A stretch of 64,000 nucleotides of DNA, from NCBI GenBank assembly GCA_038060895.1, contig JBBTCT010000036.1, forward strand, positions 4,883 through 68,882, written 5' to 3'. Positions 1 to 9,556 of the stretch are shown here, one piece after another (position 1 is the first letter of the stretch; the number at the start of each line of letters is the position of its first letter). The position numbers and the translations under genes were made by a program. The DNA comes from Planctomycetota bacterium (GTDB lineage Bacteria; Planctomycetota; MHYJ01; WSZJ01). The notes under the pieces were generated by a model. That model ran no database searches. It had not been told where the DNA came from and saw nothing but the letters and a program-made list of their open reading frames with translations.

Positions 1-55
1 CCTTCGATTGGCCGCGATCTTGCGAAATGGAGGATCGCCCGCTACGCTCGACGTC

Positions 56-454
56 ATGGCCGAATCGCCCCGCGAGCGCACGCTGGTCAAGCTGCGGACT
101 CCCATCGAAGTGCGCTTCAAGTTCCTTTCGAAGACGCGGCAGGACGTAGAGCAGGACCAGATTTACGACGGCGTCGCGCCGTCCATTTCGGCGCAGGGGT
201 GCGTCGTTTCGGGGCGGATTCCGCGGCTCGACTGGGTTGCGGACCTCCTGACCCAGAAGATGATGCTGGGAATCAATCTCCTGCTGCCCAACGATCCGGA
301 CCCGATCAAGGCGCTCGGGGAAGTCGGGTGGATAGAGAGGATTGACGAGGCGACGGGGAAGTGCCAGATCGGCGTCACGTTCAAGGACATCCAGCCGGCG
401 GACAGGAACAAGATTTTTGCGCATCAGGTGAAAGCGCAGCTGCCGGGCGGGTAA
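56..454 (+). CDS. PilZ-domain protein (degenerate c-di-GMP motifs)
   Basis: ATG at 56; N-terminal RERTLVK, SISAQG resembling D/NxSxxG, GEVGW...IGVTF beta-barrel pattern typical of PilZ. Confidence 0.65.
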   Translation: MAESPRERTLVKLRTPIEVRFKFLSKTRQDVEQDQIYDGVAPSISAQGCVVSGRIPRLDWVADLLTQKMMLGINLLLPNDPDPIKALGEVGWIERIDEATGKCQIGVTFKDIQPADRNKIFAHQVKAQLPGG

Positions 455-473
455 GGCGCGGGCGGGCGGGCCA

Positions 474-560
474 GCGGGCAGGCGGGCGAGCTACAAATGG
501 CAACCGAAACTTCGGGAGCCGTTCTTTTTCGCCCGCCTGCCCGCGCGCCCGCCTGCCCGC
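474..560. repeat. REP-like GC-rich inverted repeats between convergent genes
   Basis: GCGGGCAGGCGGGCG at 474-488 with two reverse-complement copies CGCCCGCCTGCCCGC at 530-544 and 546-560; same unit recurs near 4647-4672. Confidence 0.5.
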
Positions 561-563
561 GAT

Positions 564-1379
564 TTATTGCAGGATTGCCGCACGAATGGCCGCAAGCTGC
601 TCGAGCAACGCGGGCAGCTCTTTCAATCGCAACATGTTCGGCCCGTCGGACGGCGCGCGGTCGGGGTTTTCGTGCACCTCGAGGAACAGGCCGTCGGCGC
701 CTGCGGCCACACCGCAGCGGGCCAGGACCGGGACCATCTCGCGCTGGCCGCCTGTCGAGGAGCCCTTGCCGCCCGGCTGCTGCGCGGAGTGCGTCGCGTC
801 GAAGACGACGGGGACGCCCAGCTTCTGCATCTCTGGAATCGCGCGGAAGTCGTTGACCAGCGTGTTGTAGCCGAAGGAAGCGCCCCGCTCCGTGATCAGC
901 GCCCGGCCGCCGCTTCGACAGATCTTCTCGATCACGTTCTTCATGTCCCACGGCGCGAGGAACTGGCCCTTCTTCACGTTCGCGACACGGCCGGACTTTG
1001 CGACCGCGACGACCAGGTCCGTCTGGCGGCAGAGGAAGGCGGGGATCTGCAGGATGTCGCAGACTTCGGCCGCGGGGGCGACCTCCTCGACCGCGTGGAC
1101 GTCGGTCAGTATCGGCAGCCCCAGCTGCTTCTTGATTCTGGCCAGCACCGCCAGCCCCGCTTCCAGCCCCGGACCGCGATACGCGTCGAGGGAAGTGCGA
1201 TTGGCCTTGTCATAGCTCGATTTGAAGATGAGTGGGAAGCCCGCGCGCCGGGCGATCTTCGCGAGTTTTTCGGCGACGACCATGCAGTGGCGTTCGCTTT
1301 CGATGACGCATGGGCCGGCGATGAGGGGAAGCGACTTCCCGCCGAAGGTGATGCCTGCGACGGTGAGGTTGCGGCTCAC
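564..1379 (-). CDS. kdsA: 3-deoxy-8-phosphooctulonate (KDO8P) synthase
   Basis: Motifs LIAGPCVIES, FKSSYDKANRTS, QIPAFLCRQTDL, NVKKGQFLAP, DATHSAQQPG, SDGPN; GTG start overlaps ribBA stop (GTGA). Confidence 0.97.
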   Translation of the reverse strand: MSRNLTVAGITFGGKSLPLIAGPCVIESERHCMVVAEKLAKIARRAGFPLIFKSSYDKANRTSLDAYRGPGLEAGLAVLARIKKQLGLPILTDVHAVEEVAPAAEVCDILQIPAFLCRQTDLVVAVAKSGRVANVKKGQFLAPWDMKNVIEKICRSGGRALITERGASFGYNTLVNDFRAIPEMQKLGVPVVFDATHSAQQPGGKGSSTGGQREMVPVLARCGVAAGADGLFLEVHENPDRAPSDGPNMLRLKELPALLEQLAAIRAAILQ

Positions 1380-2617
1380 GGGGCGTCGGAATCGCCGAGG
1401 AGGTGGCCGAGTTTTTCCTTCTTGGCCTGGAGGTAGCGGGCGTTGGCGGGGTTGGAGGGGACCGAGATGGGAACGCGCTCGACCATTTCGAGGCCGTAGC
1501 CGTGGAGGGCGACGAGTTTCTTCGGGTTGTTGGTGAGGATGCGGAGTTTGCGGACGCCGAGGTCGGTGAGGATCTGGCAGCCGGTGCCGTAGTGGCGGAG
1601 GTCGGCGGGGAGTCCGAGGGAATGGTTGGCCTCGACGGTGTCCTGGCCCGTGTCCTGGAGGGCGTAGGCCTTCATCTTGTTCGCCAGGCCGATGCCGCGG
1701 CCCTCCTGCCGGATGTAGAGGAGGACGCCCCTGCCGGCTTCGGAGATCTGTCGAAGGGCGGACTGGAGCTGGTCGCCGCAATCGCAGCGGAGAGATCCGA
1801 AAATGTCGCCGGTGAGGCACTCGGAGTGAACGCGGACGAGGACGGGGGCGTCCTGCGGGAGGGCGCGGCCGTCGGGACCGGGCTCGCCGACACCGCCGGC
1901 GCACAGGGCGATGTGGAGGTATTCGTCGGTCAGGGACTTGTAGAGGTGGGCGCGGAAGTTTCCAAAGCGCGTGGGCATGTCGGCGACGGCGACTTTTTCG
2001 ATGAGCTTTTCGTTGCGGCGGCGGTATTCGATGAGATCTTCGACGGAAGCGAGCTTGAGGTTGTGTTTCGCGCAGAATTCGCGCAATTCCGGCAGGCGCG
2101 ACATGGTGCCGTCGTCGTTCATGATCTCGCAGATGACGCCGGCGGGCTGAAGGCCGGCGAGGCGGGAGAGATCGACGGCGCCTTCGGTCTGGCCGGCGCG
2201 TTCGAGGACGCCGCCGCGGCGGGCGCGGAGGGGAAAGATGTGGCCGGGGCGGACGAGGTCGGAGGGGCGGGCGTCTTTGCGCAGGCAGATCTCGATCGTG
2301 CGGGCCCGGTCCGCCGCGCTGATGCCCGTCGTGATGCCCGTGGCGGCGTCGATGGACACGGTGAAAGCGGTTTCGAACCGGGAGGTATTGCGGGCGACCT
2401 GCATCGGGAGGTCGAGGGCGAGACACCGCTCCTCGGTGAGCGCGAGGCAGATGAGGCCGCGACCGAAACGAGCCATGAAGTTCACGGCTTCCGGCGTGGC
2501 CAGGTCGGCGGCCATGTAGAGGTCGCCCTCGTTCTCGCGGTTTTCATCATCGACGAGAACGACCATTTTGCCGGCACGGATGTCGGCAAGGACCTCTGGG
2601 ATGGGAGTAAATGACAT
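1376..2617 (-). CDS. ribBA: Bifunctional DHBP synthase / GTP cyclohydrolase II
   Basis: DDENRENEGDL, TTGISAADRA, RPGHIFPL, VRVHSECLTGD..GSLRCDCG, QEGRGIGL, LTNNPKK; start taken at ATG 2617. Confidence 0.97.
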   Translation of the reverse strand: MSFTPIPEVLADIRAGKMVVLVDDENRENEGDLYMAADLATPEAVNFMARFGRGLICLALTEERCLALDLPMQVARNTSRFETAFTVSIDAATGITTGISAADRARTIEICLRKDARPSDLVRPGHIFPLRARRGGVLERAGQTEGAVDLSRLAGLQPAGVICEIMNDDGTMSRLPELREFCAKHNLKLASVEDLIEYRRRNEKLIEKVAVADMPTRFGNFRAHLYKSLTDEYLHIALCAGGVGEPGPDGRALPQDAPVLVRVHSECLTGDIFGSLRCDCGDQLQSALRQISEAGRGVLLYIRQEGRGIGLANKMKAYALQDTGQDTVEANHSLGLPADLRHYGTGCQILTDLGVRKLRILTNNPKKLVALHGYGLEMVERVPISVPSNPANARYLQAKKEKLGHLLGDSDAP

Positions 2618-3054
2618 GGTGTGGGAGAGAGTATCCCCGTGGAAGGGAGGCGTCAACGGGGTGAGGCCGCGGACGATCTCGGCCGGAGAAGGTGGAAAAA
2701 AGTGCCCTGGGTGGCTGTAAGGATCAGGGTAGTGAGGGAGGGAAATGGACACCCAGGGCACGAAACTGGCTGTCGATCAAGGTGCGCACGGGCGTATTGC
2801 AAAGGTGGGGCCAGTTCGCGGTTCAGCGGCGTCAGGTCACGGGGGCTCACAAAGTATTTTGCTGATTGGAGTTAGGCCAGGTGATTTGTGGACGCAAATC
2901 GACGCGTCCGCCAAGCGGCTCGATTCGTTTCATTTCGAAACCACTGCGAATTGGTCCGTGGATTGGTTGTGCGCATAAGTTGCTTGTGATAAATGACTTA
3001 CATCGAGGAGCAAGTCTGTTCCTAACTTGAAACGCCGGCGCTTCAGTTTCCCTC

Positions 3055-4617
3055 TCAGTTCACGCGCCCAACTTCGTACCTCTCCACCTCAAATCCAGGC
3101 TCTCCCAAAATCGCAACCTCCCTCCCATACCTCTCTTCCAGCTTCGACAGCTCCTTCCGCTTCGTGTTCAGAATGTACTGCGCCACCTCAATGTTCATGC
3201 GCATCTCCACCCCCAACCCTCCCGCCGCACTCAATTCGTGCCGGATCAGCCTCAAGAGCCACAACCCCATGCTCTCGACCGTCCGTACCATCCCCGTTCC
3301 GCGACACCGCCCGCACTCCTCGTACGACGCGAGCTTCACCCCCGGCCGGATCTTCTGCCGCGCCATCTCCACCAGTCCGAACCGGCTCATTCGAAGCACC
3401 GTCGTCTGCGACCGGTCGCGCTTCACCGCATCCTTGATCGCCTTCTCGATCTCCCGCCGGTGCGTCCCCTCCCTCACGTCGATGAAATCCACCACGATCA
3501 CACCGCCGATGTCCCTCAGCCGCAGCTGCCGCCCGATCTCCTCGCACGCCTCCAGGTTCGTCCGGTACGCCGCATCCTCCGGACTCTCCCCCACCAGCCT
3601 TCCGCTGTTCACGTCCACCGCCGTCAGCGCTTCCGTCTGCTCGATCACGATCGACCCCCCGCTCGGCAGGTCCACGCGCTTGCGGTAGAGCCCCTCGATC
3701 TGAGTCTCCACGCCGAATTTGTGGAAGAGCGGTTCGTGCTCTTCGTAGAGGAGGAAGCGGCCGCGGAAGCTGGGCATGACGGCTGAGACGAATTCGATCG
3801 TGCGCTCGAGGACCTCGGGGGAGTCGATGAGGACTTCGCCGACTTCCGGCGTGAAGAGGTCGCGGATGGTGCGGATGACGAGGTCGCTTTCCTGGTAGAG
3901 AAGCGCGGGCGGCCGTTCGTCGCGCGCGCGGTCCTTCACCGCGCTCCAGAGTCGCACGAGCGAATCGAGATCCTTCTGCAGCTCCCGGTGCGTCTGCCCC
4001 GTCCCGGCCGTGCGGATGATGAAGCCGACTTCGCCGGGAGGCTCGAGCTGCTGGAGAAGCGCCTTGAGCGACTCGCGCTCGACGGGGTCGGCGATGCGTT
4101 TCGAGACAGCGGTGCGCCGTGTTTCAGGCGTCAGCACCAGGTACCGCCCCGCGATCGACACGTCCATCGACACGCTCGGGCCCTTCTCGCCCACCGGATC
4201 GCGGATCACCTGCACCACGACATCCTGCCCCGGCCGCAGCACATCCTTGAGGTTCAGCGCCGCCCGCCGCTCGTGCCGCTCCGGCGCGCGCCGGGCTGTG
4301 TCGGGCCCCGGCTCGAAGCCGGACGGAAGAGCCGCCGGCGGCGCCGCGGGCGCCCGTCGAACCGGTTCGCCCGTCCCGCCCCCCGGCGCCACCGCTTCGC
4401 TCGCATGCAGGAACGCGTTCTTCCCGAGGCCGATGTCCACGAAGGCCGCCTGGAGCGACGCCACGATGTTGACGACGCGCCCCTTGTAGATGTTCCCGAC
4501 AAGCGTTTCGCGGGAAGCGCGCTCGATGTAGAACTCCTGGAGCACGCGGTCGTCGAGGACGGCGACGCGGATTTCTTCTGGATCCAGGGCGTTCACCAGC
4601 ATCCGGCGGTCACTCAT
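3055..4617 (-). CDS. rng: Ribonuclease E/G family (Rne/Rng)
   Basis: GNIYKGRV S1 domain, AAFVDIG, KGP, TEALTAVDVNSG, QLRLRDIGGVIVVDFID, CGRCRGTG Zn-link; short form without a long C-terminal tail. Confidence 0.93.
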   Translation of the reverse strand: MSDRRMLVNALDPEEIRVAVLDDRVLQEFYIERASRETLVGNIYKGRVVNIVASLQAAFVDIGLGKNAFLHASEAVAPGGGTGEPVRRAPAAPPAALPSGFEPGPDTARRAPERHERRAALNLKDVLRPGQDVVVQVIRDPVGEKGPSVSMDVSIAGRYLVLTPETRRTAVSKRIADPVERESLKALLQQLEPPGEVGFIIRTAGTGQTHRELQKDLDSLVRLWSAVKDRARDERPPALLYQESDLVIRTIRDLFTPEVGEVLIDSPEVLERTIEFVSAVMPSFRGRFLLYEEHEPLFHKFGVETQIEGLYRKRVDLPSGGSIVIEQTEALTAVDVNSGRLVGESPEDAAYRTNLEACEEIGRQLRLRDIGGVIVVDFIDVREGTHRREIEKAIKDAVKRDRSQTTVLRMSRFGLVEMARQKIRPGVKLASYEECGRCRGTGMVRTVESMGLWLLRLIRHELSAAGGLGVEMRMNIEVAQYILNTKRKELSKLEERYGREVAILGEPGFEVERYEVGRVN

Positions 4618-4690
4618 TTGACACGGCCTCCGGGTTCCGCAGGAGGGCGGGCAGGCGGGCGAGCGGGCAGGCCATGGTCCCGGGAGCGAA

Positions 4691-5320
4691 TCATTTCTTT
4701 GCCGCCATCACGGTTTTCGTGCGCACGACTCTCGTACCTGGAATCCCGAGTTCGCGCAGCACCTCGTCAGGCCGTGCCGACCCGCCGTCGGTGATGCGGA
4801 TTGAGAAGGTCAGTTTCCCGCTGGCGGACTCCACACGCAGGATCCACGGCCGGATGTCCACCGTCCGCATCGGGCCTTCGGGGGTCTTGCGCTCGACAGG
4901 GATTTCCTTCCGGGCGAGAAGCGCCGCGACGTCCACCGTCGCCCCGCCAAGATCGACTTCGTACTCCGCTTCCACCGCCGCGACCCGGCCCTCCGCCTTC
5001 GCCGATTCCTTCAGCCGCAGCCCCTCCGGAAACTGTCCCTCGAACCGCTTCAGGAATTCCGCCGGTTCCCACGCCTCCGTCAGCTCGATCTCGACCCATT
5101 CGTCCACGGACTCGATTCCGAGGGGGAGCGCGGACAGGAACGTGATGCGCGGCCGGGGGTTGAAACCCGCCGACAGCGAGATGGGAAACCCGGTGCGGCG
5201 CAGTGCGCGTTCGAAGAGTCGCATCATGTCGAGGTGGGAGTAGAAACGGGCGGAGCCTGTTTTCTCAAAGCGGAGACGGTAGAGAAAGCGGTTCGTAGGA
5301 GGGGAGGGGGGCGGCTGCAT
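4691..5320 (-). CDS. Radical-SAM-linked protein (DUF2344 / TIGR03936-like)
   Basis: RLRFEKTG..RFYSHLDMMRLFERALRR, GFNPRPRITF..ALPLG.ES..E, VDIRP, GSARPDE. Confidence 0.85.
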   Translation of the reverse strand: MQPPPSPPTNRFLYRLRFEKTGSARFYSHLDMMRLFERALRRTGFPISLSAGFNPRPRITFLSALPLGIESVDEWVEIELTEAWEPAEFLKRFEGQFPEGLRLKESAKAEGRVAAVEAEYEVDLGGATVDVAALLARKEIPVERKTPEGPMRTVDIRPWILRVESASGKLTFSIRITDGGSARPDEVLRELGIPGTRVVRTKTVMAAKK

Positions 5321-5329
5321 CAACAGGCG

Positions 5330-7234
5330 CTACTTCCCGTTCTTGAGCCGCTCGTGCTCCTTCGCTTCCTCGTCGCGCGCCTTCTTCAGCTTTTCTTCCC
5401 ACTCCTCCGGCGACAACCCCTGCTTCAGGCGCTCGTTTTCGGACGCTTCCCGCGCCCGCGCTTCGTCGAGCTTCGCCGCCGCGGTGGCGGCTGCGGCGCT
5501 GGTAGTGCGGACGATGCGGGGGGTGACGAAGACGATGATGTGGTTCTTGATCTTGGTGGTGTCGGTGTGGCGGAAGAGGTGGCCGACGATGGGGACGTCG
5601 CCGAGGAAGGGGATTTTGTCGAGGACGCGGGTGTCGCGGTCCTCGACGAGGCCGCCGACGACGGCGGTGCCGCCGGATTCGACGAGCATGCGGGTGAGGA
5701 CGCTGGTCGTGGCGACGCGCGGGAGGAAGACGCGCTGGGTCCCTGCGATGGCGCCGTCGGTGATGAGTTCGAACTCGTCGAATCCGGGGAGCGTCTCGGA
5801 CGTTCCGGCGAGCTGGTTTGTCTGCGGGATGAGCGTCAGCACGATGCGGTTCGTGCCGGGGACGACGTGCGGGACTACGAGGAGCTGGAACCCGACCTGG
5901 ATCGGCGAATTCGCCGCTTCCTTGATCGACGAGGTCGTGGTGCCGGATTGAGTGGAAGCGACCTCGACGACGCCCCAGCGGACGGTCTGGCCGACGAAGA
6001 GGGTGGCTTCGGCGTCAGAGAGTGCGGTGAGGCTGGGGGCCTGGTCAATGCGGGAGTCGGAGTCCTGCTGGAAGAGGCGGAGGGTGGCCGTGATGCCGAA
6101 GTCGGTGGACCAGAAGGCGTCGGAGCCGACGGCGTCCTGCCCGATCCCGAACGGGAGGCGGGAGCGGCGGACGGTCGAGCTCAGGCCGCCCGTGCCGAAG
6201 AACCCCGTGCCGCTGGCGTGATTGGGGAGGAACACGACCGAAGATCCGATCGAGATTCCGCGCGTCGTGCCGGTCGAGTAGAGGATGCCGACCTGCGCGA
6301 GGTCCGCGTTGGTGGTCGTAACGACCTTGCACTCGAGGTGCACCTGGTACGGCTCCACGTCGAGGCGCTCCACGAGCCGCCGGATCTGGTCCAGCGCCGG
6401 GGTCGTGTCGGTCACGATGATCGTATTGGCGTCCTGCACGTACTGGAGCGACCCGATGGCGCGGTCGCCGCGGCGCGTGAGCGCGGAGCGGAGCGCGTCG
6501 AGGGCCGTGAACTGCTTGATCGGCTCGTCCACGCCCTTGGGCTCGCCGACCAGCGTGTCCGCCTTGATCTTCGGCCGGTACAGGTCCTGCGGCCGCAGAT
6601 ACCGGAACGCGAACGCTCGCGTTTCGAGCTGCGTCTCGAGCTTTTCCGGGGAGACGATCCGGACGATCCCCGAGGCTTCGGTCACCGCCGCGTACCCCGC
6701 CGTCTTCACGAGCGCGTCGAGCGCGTCGTTCCACGGCACGTCCTGGAATCTCATTGTGATCCGCGTCTTCGGGTCCACCTCCGGCGCGATGACGATGTTC
6801 GCGCCCGCCTTGCCGGCAAGGACGTCGATGACCTCGAGCAGCGGCGAATTCTTGAAGTCGGCCGTCACGCGCGGCGGCCGTTCGACGCGCACGAGGCGCT
6901 CCGAAACCTCGCGAGGCACCGTCTTTGTCCGGCGGCAGAGCTCTGAAAGAGCCTCCCTCCACGGCACATCGATCAGCGTCACCGTCACGCGGTCCTCGAT
7001 TCCGGGATCGGCCACGATATTGACCCCGGTCGTCGCGGTCAGGCGACGCAGCACCTCGGTGAGCGGCATGTCGCGGATGTCGAGCGAAACGGTCGAGTCC
7101 TGCGGCCGAAGCTCCTCGGGGCCGGCGCCCAGCACCGTGCCCGAGCCGGCGGAAGGCGCTTCCTCCGCACCGGCCGGAACAATCGCCAAAGCGACCATAA
7201 CAGGGGCCAGCCAGGCGGCGTAGCGGAGGGTCAT
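5330..7234 (-). CDS. pilQ: Secretin, PilQ/GspD family
   Basis: Signal peptide; two N0/STN-like repeats (VPWREAL, VPWNDAL); NTIIVTDT...LVERLD; QVHLECKVV; GGTAVVGGL; KIPFLGDVPIVGHLFR; IVFVTPRIV; last gene of pilMNO operon. Confidence 0.85.
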   Translation of the reverse strand: MTLRYAAWLAPVMVALAIVPAGAEEAPSAGSGTVLGAGPEELRPQDSTVSLDIRDMPLTEVLRRLTATTGVNIVADPGIEDRVTVTLIDVPWREALSELCRRTKTVPREVSERLVRVERPPRVTADFKNSPLLEVIDVLAGKAGANIVIAPEVDPKTRITMRFQDVPWNDALDALVKTAGYAAVTEASGIVRIVSPEKLETQLETRAFAFRYLRPQDLYRPKIKADTLVGEPKGVDEPIKQFTALDALRSALTRRGDRAIGSLQYVQDANTIIVTDTTPALDQIRRLVERLDVEPYQVHLECKVVTTTNADLAQVGILYSTGTTRGISIGSSVVFLPNHASGTGFFGTGGLSSTVRRSRLPFGIGQDAVGSDAFWSTDFGITATLRLFQQDSDSRIDQAPSLTALSDAEATLFVGQTVRWGVVEVASTQSGTTTSSIKEAANSPIQVGFQLLVVPHVVPGTNRIVLTLIPQTNQLAGTSETLPGFDEFELITDGAIAGTQRVFLPRVATTSVLTRMLVESGGTAVVGGLVEDRDTRVLDKIPFLGDVPIVGHLFRHTDTTKIKNHIIVFVTPRIVRTTSAAAATAAAKLDEARAREASENERLKQGLSPEEWEEKLKKARDEEAKEHERLKNGK

Positions 7235-7433
7235 CGAAGGGCTCCGAGGGGGCGGTGGGAAGGGCGACATCTTACTGACTGTGCATCCGGCCAGCAATGC
7301 GGGGCTCAGAGCAGGACTCCTGAAAGTTGCTGTCTTGTAGTTGGCTGATTGCCTGGAAATTCGCTGTCTTGAAGTTGGAGTTCCGTGGAGTGTCGATTCT
7401 GCGACGGCTCCGCAAGTCCGGCCACGCGCCCTT

Positions 7434-8993
7434 CTATTCGCCGATCCGCATCCGGATCGCCTCGCCTCGATACTCGACCACCACCGAATCCTGCCGGATC
7501 TCCTTCACCACGCACCCTTCCACCCCCGTGATCACATCCCCCGCCGCATACGATCGCTCTCCCATCAGCGCCACCGCGCTGGCCACCCGCACTGGCACCT
7601 TTGGCCGCGCCACGAGCGGCACGCCGCCGATCTCAATCCCCAGCTCGATCTCCACTTCCTTGGGGCTCCTCACGACCATCACTCCGTTCGGATGGTGGTC
7701 GCGCAGCCGCTCCAGCCCTTCCAGCCGGATCGCCGCCCGCCGGTCCAGCCCCGCCGCTTCTTCCTCGATCGAGCGCACCGTCCCCTGTTCCGGACGGCCG
7801 GCGAGGTCGGTGTCGGCGCCGAGTTCATGGAGCGACGCCATGAGGGGAGCGATGCGGGCGAGGGAAGCGCGGTCTCCGGCTTCAAAAGACTCGCGGATTT
7901 CGCGGAAGAGCGCCTTGGCGGTCGAGACCGCGGCGAGGGCTGGGTCGTAGAGGCGCGACGCGCTTTCGAGGAGTTCCGCGACGCGCTCCGCGACGCCGGA
8001 CAGGCTGGAGTCGCGCAGTTTTCCCGCCGCGAGCCGGATGGCCCTGGAGTTCTCGGCCAGCGCGCGTTCGCGGTCGGCCTCGGGAAGGGAAGCGGCGGCG
8101 CGCATGGAGTCGAGGCGCGCGCGGGCATCGTCGAGAAGGGCCCGCGTCTCCGCCTCAGACAGCTCGACAGCAGGTGTGGACTCCTCGCCGACCCGCCTCA
8201 CCACTCGCGGCCGCAACGCCGCGCGGAACGGGTCGCGCCGGCCTCCGTGGGCCCACGCGAAGTCCCGCCCGTCCTTCGCCTCGCGTTCGCCGCGAACCCG
8301 CTTCAGCGTCCAGCCTCTCCCGCCGGTCTCCACCGGCAGCCCGCGCCCGTCCACGACGAGCGTCGTGACGCCGCCCGCGCCCTCGCGCGACGCCGCTTCC
8401 AGCGTCCAGCACTCCTCTTCCGCGTCCGCCACCGCCCGCGGCCCTCGCGACTTCACGGTCACGCTCCACGCATCTTCGCCGATCCGCAGTTCTCCGTCCT
8501 CGACGCGCGCCGAGAACGTGGAGACGCTCATCTCGAGACCGGGTTTCCACGGGCCGTACCGGCGCAGGAGCGCCGCCGGCACGAGACCCGAAGGCCAGCA
8601 CGCGCGCTCCCGCGTCCACGCCTGGACGCGCTCGACCGCCGGCGCGACCGCGCGGCGCACCAGGTGCCGCCCGTCGAACGCCGCCGCGATCTCGATCTCC
8701 TTCGCGCCGTCGCGCTCGCGCGAATGTCCGCGAATCGGCGACAGGTCCGCATCCAGCGTCCACTCCTCGCGCCAGCCGCGCGAGGCCCCAGGGCTTTCGA
8801 TGGACCCTTCTTCCCGGAAGCGCAGAACCGCTTTCCCGTCCTCGACCGAGCTTTCGATCGTCACGTGGGCAAACCCCGCCCAGGCGCCGTCCTTTGCCGC
8901 CGCGCGGAACCACAGGTCGGCCGAGAGGTCCGTGCGCGCCTGCGCGGCCGCGACGCCCGGAAGAAACAGGCAGAGCATGAGGAAGCGCTTCAT
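7434..8993 (-). CDS. Exported protein in PilP position, C-terminal PilP/GspC-like region fused to a large N-terminal domain
   Basis: Signal peptide; internal GGRRDPF motif; C-terminal VKEIRQDSVVVEY hairpin; ATGA overlap with pilO; lies between pilO and pilQ. Confidence 0.55.
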   Translation of the reverse strand: MKRFLMLCLFLPGVAAAQARTDLSADLWFRAAAKDGAWAGFAHVTIESSVEDGKAVLRFREEGSIESPGASRGWREEWTLDADLSPIRGHSRERDGAKEIEIAAAFDGRHLVRRAVAPAVERVQAWTRERACWPSGLVPAALLRRYGPWKPGLEMSVSTFSARVEDGELRIGEDAWSVTVKSRGPRAVADAEEECWTLEAASREGAGGVTTLVVDGRGLPVETGGRGWTLKRVRGEREAKDGRDFAWAHGGRRDPFRAALRPRVVRRVGEESTPAVELSEAETRALLDDARARLDSMRAAASLPEADRERALAENSRAIRLAAGKLRDSSLSGVAERVAELLESASRLYDPALAAVSTAKALFREIRESFEAGDRASLARIAPLMASLHELGADTDLAGRPEQGTVRSIEEEAAGLDRRAAIRLEGLERLRDHHPNGVMVVRSPKEVEIELGIEIGGVPLVARPKVPVRVASAVALMGERSYAAGDVITGVEGCVVKEIRQDSVVVEYRGEAIRMRIGE

Positions 8994-9556
8994 CTCCCGT
9001 CCTCCCGGACCCGCCACGCGGTCATCCGAAGCGAAAGCGTCGCGCCGACCGTCTCCGGACGGGGCTCCGCCTCGACAATTCCGTCCGGTCTCAGTTCGAA
9101 CTGTTCCACCGTCACCGCGCGAGGGATCGATTCCACGGCTTCCAGGAATCGGCCGAGGGAGGCGAAGTCGCCACGCGCCTCGATGGCCACGGTGATTTCC
9201 TCGACGGCCGCAGGCGCCGGAGCGGCCGGGGCCGGACGCAGCGCCGTGACGAGGACTCCCGCCTTCGCCGCGGCGTCCGTGAGGGCCCTTCGGAGCGCGT
9301 CCAGGTCCGCGCCATCCGCCGGCAGCATCGCTTCGAATTCCGCACGCCGGGCCTCAAGCCCCGCTTTTTCCGCTTCCAGCGGGCCGCGCCGTGCCGCCGC
9401 CGCGCGCTCGCGCTCGAGGGCTCCGCGCAGCACCTCCACCCGATCGCGCGCCGGCCCGATCCGGGAAACCTGCAGGTGAACCGACAGCGCGGCGAGAGCC
9501 GCGGAAGCGACGATGGCGGCGCCGAGGACGGCGCCCGTGCGGCCGCGAAGAGTCAT
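8990..9556 (-). CDS. pilO: Type IV pilus assembly protein PilO-like
   Basis: N-terminal TM, coiled coil, MLP..., GDFASLGRFLEAVESIPRAVTV; operon position. Confidence 0.8.
   Translation of the reverse strand: MTLRGRTGAVLGAAIVASAALAALSVHLQVSRIGPARDRVEVLRGALERERAAAARRGPLEAEKAGLEARRAEFEAMLPADGADLDALRRALTDAAAKAGVLVTALRPAPAAPAPAAVEEITVAIEARGDFASLGRFLEAVESIPRAVTVEQFELRPDGIVEAEPRPETVGATLSLRMTAWRVREDGR

Noticed and set aside
2618-3054. FMN riboswitch upstream of ribBA
   Set aside because: Conserved RFN segments (e.g. GGGCGGGGTGAAATTCCC, AGTCCGGATG) are not visible on the minus strand.
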